From sequence record CP063550.1: a stretch of 64,000 nucleotides of DNA. One strand, given 5' to 3'. Position 1 is the stretch's first letter. Each line of letters starts with the position of its first letter. Source of the DNA: a plasmid. Of the stretch, positions 21,062 through 30,623 are shown in pieces. Position numbers and translations under genes: made by a program. The notes under the pieces were generated by a model. The model did not search any database. It saw only the letters and a list, made by a program, of their open reading frames with translations, and had not been told where the DNA came from.

Positions 21062-22063
21062 ATGAAAACCATAAATCTAATAAAAGTATTTATAGCATCA
21101 CCAGGTGATATAGCAGCAAAGAGGAATGAAGTAGAAGAAACCATATATAGATGGAATATAGAAAATACAGATAATACAAAAGTAATTTTGATGCCAATTC
21201 GATGGGAAACGAATGCGATTCCTACTTATATAAATAATAGCTCTGGGCAAAGTGTTATTAATAAACAAATTGTAGAAAATAGTGATATATTATTAGCGAT
21301 TTTTGGCCATAAGTTGGGTTCTCCAGTTGATAATTATAGATCGGGAACTATAGCAGAAATTGATTACTTTTATAAAAATAGCAAAGGCGAGGTAGGGGTT
21401 TTTTTCTTAGATGAACCAGTTCCACAAGTTTTGGCTGAAGAGTATATAGAAGTTAAGAAGTACAGGGACTCTTTAGAAGATAAGGGTTTTTATGGAACAT
21501 ATAGCAAAGACAATATCAGAAGGTTTCTCACAAAAAAAGTGAATTATTTAATTGAGAAAGCACAAAATAATTTAGAATCAAAACGCTTTGATTTAGATTC
21601 TATTTCTTACAAGACACCTTCAGTAATTAACAAAAAAGTTACCGGAACTGATAAAGATTTTGATGACAACTTAGATATTTTTGATCCAATAGAATTTGAC
21701 AATGATGAAAGATTGCTGCTAATATATGCGTTTATGGATGAAAATTCTATCTTTTCAACTGATAATTCAACTTATAGAAAAGTAGTTCAATGGGAAAGTG
21801 ATAACAATTTAAGGAGTTACTTGAGTGATAGAGTATTTGATGTACTAGAAAAATTAAGTAAATCGGGAATTTTAAAGGAAGAATACGATTCTTCTTTTGA
21901 TGAGTATCCATCACGCTATATTTTGATTTCAGAGGACTATAAGAAATTTAAAAGGTATTTTTTAAAAAATGAAAAAAAGATATCTGTTATTATGGAGAAA
22001 TACAAAGCTCCAATACAGGCTGATCCATTTTCCAATTTGGATGAATCAGATTTACCGTTTTAA
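21062..22063 (+). CDS. Orphan protein with an N-terminal nucleoside-2-deoxyribosyltransferase-like/DUF4062-like domain (TIR-like Rossmannoid fold) and an acidic C-terminal region of unknown function; candidate defence or abortive-infection effector
   Basis: VFIASPGD...ILMPIRWE...DILLAIFGHKLGSP...SGTIAEIDYF resembles the NDT/DUF4062 D/SGTxxExG active-site Glu motif. The gene is very AT-rich compared with its flanks. This is a domain-level call, not a family assignment. Confidence 0.45.
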   Translation: MKTINLIKVFIASPGDIAAKRNEVEETIYRWNIENTDNTKVILMPIRWETNAIPTYINNSSGQSVINKQIVENSDILLAIFGHKLGSPVDNYRSGTIAEIDYFYKNSKGEVGVFFLDEPVPQVLAEEYIEVKKYRDSLEDKGFYGTYSKDNIRRFLTKKVNYLIEKAQNNLESKRFDLDSISYKTPSVINKKVTGTDKDFDDNLDIFDPIEFDNDERLLLIYAFMDENSIFSTDNSTYRKVVQWESDNNLRSYLSDRVFDVLEKLSKSGILKEEYDSSFDEYPSRYILISEDYKKFKRYFLKNEKKISVIMEKYKAPIQADPFSNLDESDLPF

Positions 22064-22432
22064 ATTTTAAATAGATAATTTCATTTTTTAGTAGCAGAGG
22101 TATAAACTTTTTTAATGTTTGAATTGAAAAGAAATGCTAATAGGTCGACTTTATGTTTCTCTTGTGCAATCGTAAATGCGGGGGACCATAAAATTGATCT
22201 ATTATCGAGTGTGTATAAAATAAAATTCAAATCTTATTAGTTTACATAAGATACATTATACTAAGTTGTCAATGTTAAATGCCTTTAAATAAGGACGATT
22301 TATGCATCAATTATATTTATGTTAACTAAATTCTTTTTAACATAAATGTAATCAACTTAGCTAGATGAATCTAAAATGATTGTCTGTATTGATGACAAAG
22401 CTAATTAATAATTACGTGATTCAAAAAAGAAA

Positions 22433-23047
22433 TCATACAATTAGTTGGTCGATTTCTTTTTTTATTCGGTAAATTGTTTGCCTAGTCACATTGTAGTCTG
22501 TTGCAATCTTTGAGATAGCAACCCCATTCTCAAGATCCTGAACGATACTCCTATAGACAAGGCGACGTTGAGGATCTTTGGTGTCTGCACTGTATAACTT
22601 AGGACGACCTTTATAGACGCCGTTTGCTTTAGCGATTTTAATTCCTTGTGCCTGGCGTCGTTTCGATTCAGTACGTTCTTGTTCAGCAATCATGGCTGAG
22701 ATTTAAATGATTAAGTCTTTGATGAATTTATCTAGGAGAGGATTTCCAATTGCTTCAGCCATGATCGGTAAACTGGTGATAATAAGTCGCACATTCTTCT
22801 TCTTTAGATAATTCACTGAATCGATAATCTCGTCATAATTGCGTCCAAGTCGATCAATGGCTTCTACAATAAAAATATCTTGCTCTCTGACAAAATCTAA
22901 AGCTTCCTGGAAAATCGGCCGATGACTAATCGTCGCTCCAGATTGTTTTTCGATAAAAATTTTTTCAGCGCCAAACTTTTTCATTTCTTCAATTTGACGT
23001 TGTTCATTTTGATCGATGGATGAAACTCTAATATAAGCAATTTTCAA
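22433..23047 (-). pseudogene. Serine recombinase (resolvase), frameshifted between the catalytic domain and the C-terminal HTH
   Basis: The N-terminal ORF 22703-23047 (YIRVSSIDQ, catalytic Ser) and the C-terminal HTH ORF 22433-22693 lie in different frames 10 nt apart. Confidence 0.75.
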
Positions 23048-23229
23048 ATTTATTCCCTACTTTTCTATAACGTTTATAATACACCCTAATCATACGTTAG
23101 AACTCTAAATTTTTCAATGTTATATTTTTGTCTATTTAGGGTAAACTCTAAATAGACAAACGGTTTTTGAATTCTAAAAGTTAAATAGTTTATAATAGAA
23201 GAAAAAGAATGGGGTGACGATTTCTTAGA

Positions 23230-23532
23230 TTGAAAAGGAAAGATAAATATTATAGATTATTACTTTTGACAGCTGAAGCAGGATGGATGGATTTTCCAGA
23301 AGTTGTAAAAGAAGTTCAAGAGATAGGTGCAACTATTTCTGATAGCCGCTCCTCTCCTATGAACTATCAGGATGCCCATGGAATTAAAATAATTGATCAA
23401 GAGAGAAATGTCAGAAAATACACAACAATAAATGAGTGTGTAATTAATGAAAATCTTTGTAGGGCACCGATAACGAAACACATTAAGAATAGAAGCAAAG
23501 CAAAAGACGGAAGAACTTTTACTACCTTCTAA
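23230..23532 (+). CDS. Hypothetical protein
   Basis: ORF only; TTG start; no recognisable motif. Confidence 0.25.
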   Translation: MKRKDKYYRLLLLTAEAGWMDFPEVVKEVQEIGATISDSRSSPMNYQDAHGIKIIDQERNVRKYTTINECVINENLCRAPITKHIKNRSKAKDGRTFTTF

Positions 23533-23628
23533 GTTTTTTTCATATTTGTTTGCTATACTTAGATCTAAGGAATTAGACTTTCGCTGCCCATTATTTAAGT
23601 TTGAGGTAGCGTCTTGCGAGGGATCAAT

Positions 23629-23851
23629 AATGGAAGAAGAAAAAATATTTGAAAAACGCTGGGAATTGGCTTCAGTTGAACAAAGAGCAAGGTACCATAA
23701 TCTAATGTCCTCTTACCGTAATATTGATTGGACTTACAAAGAAAAGAAGTACTTGCTTTGGTTATGTCAGTTAGATGTAAATACCTTTGAAACATTTGAA
23801 GTGATTCTAGATAAGATTAAAAACAGCAATGAAAAAAGAGCTGATCTATAA
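23629..23851 (+). CDS. Hypothetical small protein (start taken at MEEEKIF)
   Basis: ORF only. Confidence 0.25.
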
Positions 23852-24095
23852 TGGTTCGCTCTTTTTATTTTATTAACTCTTTGGTTACTATATGTAAAAT
23901 ACAGCTTCATATTACAATAAATTTCAGGATACAAATTTATTTAAGCATATATAAATATAATTGAAATAGGACATAAATATATGAGTATGAGAAAGGTGAT
24001 TCCATGTTTAATAAATGGGCAAACCACCCAATGAACTCGAGAGGTAGAGATAATTTGAAGGAGACGGACAAGTTCTGGGAAGAAGTATATAGTAA

Positions 24096-24912
24096 AAACG
24101 GTTCTGTTGCAAAGTTTTCCAAAAAATCTATTTTAGTGTAAAATTGAGAAAAAAGACAGAGAGGACAGAGTAATGAATCATTTTAAAGGCAAACAATTCA
24201 AAAAAGACGTCATTATTGTCGCTGTTGGTTACTACCTGCGTTACAATCTAAGCTATCGTGAAGTTCAGGAATTGTTATATGATCGTGGAATAAATGTTTG
24301 TCATACTACGATTTATCGTTGGGTATAAGAGTACAGCAAAGTCCTCTATTATCTTTGGAAGAAGAAAAATAGACAATCCTTCTATTCATGGAAAATGGAC
24401 GAAACCTATATCAAAATTAAGGGACGTTGGCATTATCTTTATCGTGCAATTGATGCGGACGGCTTAACCTTAGATATCTGGTTACGAAAGAAACGGGATA
24501 CGCAAGCAGCCTATGCTTTCTTAAAACGACTCCATAAACAGTTTGGTGAGCCGAAAGCAATTGTGACCGATAAAGCACCTTCTCTTGGCTCCGCCTTTAG
24601 AAAGTTACAGAGTGTGGGTTTATATACTAAGACAGAGCACCGAACTGTGAAGTATCTTAACAATTTAATAGAACAAGACCATCGACCTATTAAACGACGA
24701 AATAAATTTTATCAAAGTCTCCGTACAGCCTCTTCCACGATTAAGGGCATGGAGACCATTCGAGGAATATATAAAAAGAACCGAAGAAATGGAACGCTCT
24801 TCGGCTTTTCGGTGTCTACTGAAATCAAGGTATTAATGGGAATAACAGCCTAAGATATTTGGAGTTCAGAGAGGGCGCGTTTGATTTTCAAACTTCGCAA
24901 CAGAACCGAGAA
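24096..24912 (+). mobile_element. IS6-family IS1216-like element, second copy, inverted relative to 19416-20222
   Basis: IRs GGTTCTGTTGCAAAGTTTT (24096) and GGTTCTGTTGCGAAGTTTG (reverse complement at 24912). Confidence 0.8.
24170..24853 (+). pseudogene. IS6-family transposase with an in-frame TAA at 24326-24328 (RWV*EY where the intact copy has RWVQEY)
   Basis: The translation matches the 19476-20162 transposase except for the stop at codon 53. Confidence 0.8.
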
Positions 24913-24914
24913 CC

Positions 24915-25532
24915 TTGGGTTTTCAAGTGCTTTTTGGTTCATTAATCTTAACCATAGTGTTTTTAAAGTGGAAAACAAGCAACAAAAAAAGTATGTGGAG
25001 CCTTGTAGGAATAGTTCTTATTATTTTTACTGTGACTGCAGCAACAGAAGCAAATTATTCGCATAAAATTCAGTCGTATAAAGGTCGTTTAGTTATGACC
25101 AAAAAAGATGTTACACGTTATACATCCTCAAGAACTGGAGGCCTATATGACTATGCACCATTAGATGCATTGAAATATAAAGATCATTTAAAGAAACATG
25201 AAGTAAAAGTTGGTGATCGGTGGGAGAATGCATCTCATAAAGCATATAATTCCAAAATAGTCTATACAGTAGAAGATGCCGATGAGCAAAATATCACATT
25301 ACCTGTATTCAATTATTGGGGAACAGTTGTGAAAGTAAATGGGAAAAAGAGCACTATAGAAAATGACAATGGTTTAGTGTCTATTAAAGGTACGGGGAAA
25401 AGAACTATAGTTGAGGTTTCATCTACGTATCCAACTACGATGATTCTATCTTTATTAATTAGTTCAATAACTTTTATATTCTTATTTACACGTTATTTAA
25501 TAAGATGCTGCGGTGAAATGAAAATAGATTAG
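24915..25532 (+). CDS. Hypothetical membrane-anchored protein
   Basis: N- and C-terminal hydrophobic segments. The TTG start abuts the IS6 inverted repeat with no clear RBS, so the start is uncertain. Confidence 0.3.
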   Translation: MGFQVLFGSLILTIVFLKWKTSNKKSMWSLVGIVLIIFTVTAATEANYSHKIQSYKGRLVMTKKDVTRYTSSRTGGLYDYAPLDALKYKDHLKKHEVKVGDRWENASHKAYNSKIVYTVEDADEQNITLPVFNYWGTVVKVNGKKSTIENDNGLVSIKGTGKRTIVEVSSTYPTTMILSLLISSITFIFLFTRYLIRCCGEMKID

Positions 25533-25683
25533 ATAGATATTATAAATATGTTGATTCTATTTTCATAGCAATGGAGAAAATACATTAGCAATATATAAAA
25601 GAAGGTATCAAGAGTCACAGTGAATTTATTCCGAAAAGTGAAAAGAGCAAATATAAAATTTAATGAAAATATAGAACTAAATA

Positions 25684-25720
25684 GGAAAACGTAGACGTAA
25701 TTTTCTACGTTTTCCTTTTC
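25684..25720 (+). terminator. Rho-independent terminator (GGAAAACGTAGA / TCTACGTTTTCC stem plus T-run)
   Basis: Perfect 12-bp stem with an 8-nt loop. Confidence 0.5.
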
Positions 25721-26176
25721 ATATATATTAAATATTACGGAAAATTATATAAACTAATTTAGTGTTTTGTTTGTAATTCCTAATTTTGCTCCACTTTTAG
25801 ATAATTTTTAGGTCTATTTAACTCATCAGACATTCTATGCTCATTTTTCTCCAAATTTGTTTCAACTCTTTCGTACTTAATTTTGCGTATTTGAAAATTC
25901 TTCTTTTAGAGTACTTTTATTACGATACTAGTATGATATATATCTATAGCAAACAGTTAAAATCTTCCTAAAATAAGCGAATAGCATTCCTAAAACCTAT
26001 AAAATTTTTAGATGAAGCGACAAGTGGACAATTAATAAACTACTTGAACATGAAATTATGGATCACCTTTCAAATTTAGAAAATGGAATTCTTATACTTA
26101 TTGCGCAACATTTATTGATTGCAAAATTATGTGACAAAAAAAACTAGTAGAAGAAAGAATAATGGCTTGATAATAA

Positions 26177-26289
26177 AGTACTACCTATTAAAGGTAGTAC
26201 TTTATTTAATTTAGTATAAATTAACATACTACTATATTTTAGGTTTCATATTATATAAATTAATAATATACTACCATTTGTTGGTAGTA
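26177..26289. repeat. Pair of related palindromes (AGTACTACCT-attaa-AGGTAGTACT and ATACTACCA-tttgt-TGGTAGTAT) in an AT-rich intergenic region
   Basis: Read directly from the sequence; both share the core TACTACC...GGTAGTA. Confidence 0.6.
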
Positions 26290-26454
26290 TAATTTAAAGG
26301 TAATAAGTTATTCTTTTATTACTATGTTTGGGTTTTATAGCAAAGAAAGTTTAATAAGAGTTTGGACCTAGCAAACAATATTAATGAGGTCATTAAATCT
26401 TATTATCTTTAGTGATATAACGAAATATCTACACAGACAAAATGATAGCGTAAA

Positions 26455-27775
26455 ATATTTTGTGTAAATAGATATTTAGGGTAGAAAAAAAGAAAGTCCA
26501 TTCTGTAAAATTAAAGTTACCACAACCGAAATTTTATAGGAGGACTTTCTCATGCCCAATTTTACTACAGAAATTATGGAAACACTAATCAATAAAGGTG
26601 ATTTAGATGAATTATTTCGATGTCATTTAGAATTAGCTGTTAATTCATTATTGCAGGCTGAATTAACAGCTTTTCTTGATTATGAAAAATATGATCGTGC
26701 TGGGTTCAATTCAGGTAATTCCCGTAATGGGAATTATTCACGTTCATTCAGAACAGAGTATGGAGAATTAAATTTGGTAATTCCTAGAGATAGAAATGGT
26801 AAGTTTTCTCAACAAACTTTACCTGCTTATAAAAGAACCAATGACTCTTTAGAAACCACTATTATTCAGCTATTTCAAAAAGGAATTACTATGTCTGAAA
26901 TCTCTGAATTGATTGAAAAAATGTACGGGCATCACTATACGCCACAAACCATTTCAAATATGACTAAAATAGTTTCTGAAGATATTATTGCCTTTAAAGA
27001 AAGGTCCTTAGAATCCAGATACTCTGTCATTTTTATGGATGCTACTCACATTCCTTTAAAAAGACAAACTGTTTCAAAAGAAGCAGTTTATATTGTAATT
27101 GGCATTCGATTAGATGGAACCAAAGAGGTTCTTGGGTTTAGTCTTGCTCCAACTGAATCTGCTTATGTTTGGAAAGAGATTCTTCAAGACCTAAAAGACC
27201 GTGGTTTAAAAGAGGTTTTATTAGTCGTAACTGATGGTTTAAGTGGCATTAACGATAGTATTCATAGTGTTTATCCAAATGCTCAATTTCAACAATGTTG
27301 TGTCCATATATCTAGAAATATCGCTCATAAGGTTCGTGTTAGTGATCGACAAGAAATCTGTAGCGATTTCAAATTAGTTTATCAAGCAAGTTCAAAAGAA
27401 GAAGCAAATAATCAAATAAGGTTTATGATAGATAAATGGAAAAAGCAGTATCCACGAGTGGTTAAATTGCTCATGAATCCTGCTATATTAACCTTTTATA
27501 ATTTCCCTCCGTCAATCAGAAGAACTATTTATTCAACTAATTTGATTGAAGGTTTTAACAAACAATTAAAGAAATATACCAAAAGAAAAGAGCAATTTCC
27601 TAATGAAGAATCTCTGGAGAGATTTCTAGTATCTCAATTCAACAACTATAATCAAAAGTTTCTATGCCGAGTTCATAAAGGTTTTAAAGAAATACATGAT
27701 ACATTAGAATCAATGTTTTAACTTGATCAACAGAATGGGCTTTTCCATTTACACAAAATTATTGACGCTCCCGAC
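26455..27775 (+). mobile_element. IS256-family insertion sequence
   Basis: Imperfect IRs containing TTTTGTGTAAAT at both ends bracket the transposase gene; boundaries are approximate. Confidence 0.6.
26552..27721 (+). CDS. tnp: IS256-family transposase
   Basis: 389 aa; MULE/IS256-type DDE (VIFMDATHI...VVTDGLSG...). Confidence 0.85.
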   Translation: MPNFTTEIMETLINKGDLDELFRCHLELAVNSLLQAELTAFLDYEKYDRAGFNSGNSRNGNYSRSFRTEYGELNLVIPRDRNGKFSQQTLPAYKRTNDSLETTIIQLFQKGITMSEISELIEKMYGHHYTPQTISNMTKIVSEDIIAFKERSLESRYSVIFMDATHIPLKRQTVSKEAVYIVIGIRLDGTKEVLGFSLAPTESAYVWKEILQDLKDRGLKEVLLVVTDGLSGINDSIHSVYPNAQFQQCCVHISRNIAHKVRVSDRQEICSDFKLVYQASSKEEANNQIRFMIDKWKKQYPRVVKLLMNPAILTFYNFPPSIRRTIYSTNLIEGFNKQLKKYTKRKEQFPNEESLERFLVSQFNNYNQKFLCRVHKGFKEIHDTLESMF

Positions 27776-28193
27776 AAAATTATGATCTTGCGTAAAGTTA
27801 TAAAATATTAATAAAAATATTTTATTAATGAAAAGCTTGGTAGCACGGTTATTCATATGCTAATTTATTTCACTTTATAGTAAGGGGAGTTCTTAGTATA
27901 TTGTTCAAACTTAAATTTCATATAATTTAATTATGTAAATTAGCTATTCTAAGAACTTCTACGGATAACTGCCCGTCTAAAATTTAAATAAGAGCTTAGA
28001 ATCTTCATATAAGTAAGGTTAATTTTTTTGTACAAAAAAGTCGGAATATTCTGAGTTACTGAAATGATATAAAATCATAAACTAAATCCCTTGATTTTAT
28101 TGACTTTCAAAAGTTTATATATATAAGTTAATGATTATGGTAAAATATATACATAATCATTAACTCAGAATATTTTTAAGAAGGGAAACAATA

Positions 28194-28748
28194 GTGAGCT
28201 ATAATGTACAACCGTTAAGGACAAATGAAGAGATACAAGATTTTCAGTTTTGGCTAAGAAGAACAAGTAATCCGGAAAGAGATAGTTTTTTATTTTTGTT
28301 TGGAATCAATAATGGGTTACGTATGTCAGATATTATAGGATTAAAAGTTGGAGATATACGAGGCAAAAGTAAGCCTATTATTGTTGAACATAAAACAGGT
28401 AAGCGAAAACCGATTTTTATAGATAATTTGAGAGAAGAAATTTTATTATATACTGAAGGTAAAGAAGAAAATGATTGGTTATTTCCGAGTCGGCAACAAG
28501 GTCGACATATAACAAGGGATCGTGTCTATCAGATATATGCAGATATAGCAGAAAAATTAGGACGAGATGATATAGGAACACATACATTAAGAAAAACTTT
28601 TGGGTATCACTACTACAAGAAAACTAGAGACATTGCTACCTTAATGTTTATTTTTAATCATAGCTCGCAAGCAATTACAAAAAGGTACATTGGTATAACT
28701 GAAGATGAAATAGGAGCATCACTTCGTGGATTTAAACTAGGTGTATAA
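28194..28748 (+). CDS. Small tyrosine recombinase/integrase (catalytic domain only)
   Basis: R...K...HTLRKTF...RY catalytic residues in 184 aa. Confidence 0.65.
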   Translation: MSYNVQPLRTNEEIQDFQFWLRRTSNPERDSFLFLFGINNGLRMSDIIGLKVGDIRGKSKPIIVEHKTGKRKPIFIDNLREEILLYTEGKEENDWLFPSRQQGRHITRDRVYQIYADIAEKLGRDDIGTHTLRKTFGYHYYKKTRDIATLMFIFNHSSQAITKRYIGITEDEIGASLRGFKLGV

Positions 28749-28920
28749 TTTAAAAATTTTTATAAACAGTAAAGACAAAGATTAAAAGCTATTTTTATCT
28801 AGAACGATTTTATTTCATAAAGTTCGCGGAATAAAAGCTGGGGTTACTGGTACTTGGTATAGGTTCGTGTTATATAAACTAAGTAATTAAATAACATTTT
28901 TAGGTTGGAAAAGGATGAAA

Positions 28921-29394
28921 TTAAAAAAAGAGAATCAATACGGTCTCAAAAACGCAAACGCTGCGGAATAAGAAAAATACTGATAACTCAACGTTTAGCA
29001 GACTATCTAATAGGGATAGTCTGCTTTTTTCGTTTTTGACCATACTTTTGACCTTCTGCAAACTTCCTTGCTTTTCCTCTGTAGAACTCATGAAATCTGC
29101 AAAACGAATTGCCGTTTCCTCTGTCTGCTTTTTCGCGATATGGGTGTATATATCATCCATAGTGGTTTTAATATCTGTATGTCCAAGTCGAACATACACT
29201 TCTTTGACAGACGCACCAGATTCAAAGAGCAGACTACAATGGGTATGACGAAAACCATGAAGTGTGATATGTTTTAAGTTATTCTCTTTAATGATGATTT
29301 TCAAATTGTGATTTACATAGTCTAAATAAAGGGGCTTATTTTCTTCTGATGAAAACAAAAGTTGTTCACCATCTTTTATAGGTTTGATTCTCAT
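28921..29394 (-). pseudogene. Tyrosine integrase C-terminal fragment, 5'-truncated
   Basis: HGFRHTHCSLL...LGHTDIKTT...YTH catalytic box with no N-terminal domains. Confidence 0.6.
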
Positions 29395-29405
29395 TTTTAG
29401 ATATT

Positions 29406-30353
29406 ATGCCCGCACGTATTCATCACATTTCTATTGTGAATCGCTTTATTCGACCGACATTTGACTTTTATCATAATATACTCGGTTTAAAATTACTAAT
29501 GAAAACAATTAATCAAGACGATCATACCATGTATCACCTGTTTTTTTCAGATAATCACCACCGTGTGGGAACTGAACTGACTTTTTTTGAAGTACAAGAA
29601 GGGAACAACCAGTTTTTTGGAACCAATACGATTGAACGAACGATACTAAAAGTTCCTTCCGAAGCATCATTGCATTTTTGGGAAATATATTTTGAAACAC
29701 AAGGCGTTTGCCATTATGGAATCGAATCATTTTCTGGACGACCTATCTTACGTTTTGAAGGGCCAGATGCAACACGATTAGCTTTAGTTCCCTTACGCGA
29801 ATTTGAAGATATTGATGATTATTTCCCGTATGTCACAGACCAGATCCCTACAGAGCATGCCATTTTAGGAATTGATGCCATTCAACTACGCGTACAATAT
29901 TCCGATGCGACTGAACGAGAGTTATTGTCGGTAGGCTGGTAGCACAAAGAATACGTCAGTTTCTTTTCGGGTCATCAACGAGTGACAATCTTAGAAAATC
30001 AAGACACTCAGTTCTATCAAGAAGTTCAGATTATTCAAGATCGTGAGAATCCAGTTGCCATTGAAGGGATTGGTAGCGTCCATCATGTTGCGTTTGGCGT
30101 AGAAAATAAATCTGATTTACAACGCATCGACAAACAATTACAAGAGCGCAATTTTATAAATTCAGGAATAAAAGATCGTGAATTTTTTGTATCACTTTAT
30201 TATCGTGACCCAAATCAATTATTGATTGAAATTGCTACAGGGGAAGGAAACCTAGATGCAAAAGCGTATGAAAATCAAAGTCCACGCTTTGAAGAAATTC
30301 CTTTATTTTTACCGCAGTACTTAAATTTCATTCGTGAACAAGTGGAGCAATAA
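29406..30353 (+). pseudogene. VOC-family ring-cleaving dioxygenase/glyoxalase-like gene interrupted by an in-frame TAG at 29943-29945
   Basis: ORFs 29406-29942 and 29982-30353 are in the same frame, and both halves show VOC repeats. Confidence 0.6.
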
Positions 30354-30623
30354 TTAGCTAATCAAATCCATGACGAAGAGTAAGAGGTTGACTCATAAGT
30401 CAAAAAATAAAGAAAAACGCATCAAATCCATTCTAAAGAATGTTGATTTGATGCGGTTCCTATTTTTATAAACTATCATTTTCGACTAATAAAACTACTT
30501 ATGAGTCAGCCTCTCTTTTTTTCTTGATTTTTATACCTCTTTCTAGGTAAACTAAACATCTGCCAAAAATACCGTGTCTCATTGAAACATTCTCAACTAT
30601 TTCAAAATAAAGGGGAGTACCAA

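Noticed and set aside
21062-22063. Thoeris (ThsB-like TIR plus ThsA) assignment for the orphan gene
   Set aside because: No SIR2/SLOG ThsA-like partner is present anywhere in the window, and the protein is longer than ThsB with an unrelated C-terminal region. It is reported as a standalone TIR-like/NDT-like candidate instead.
24881-25066. 61-codon ORF overlapping the IS1216 right IR
   Set aside because: Overlaps the IR and the larger ORF at 24915-25532 in another frame; low-complexity translation.
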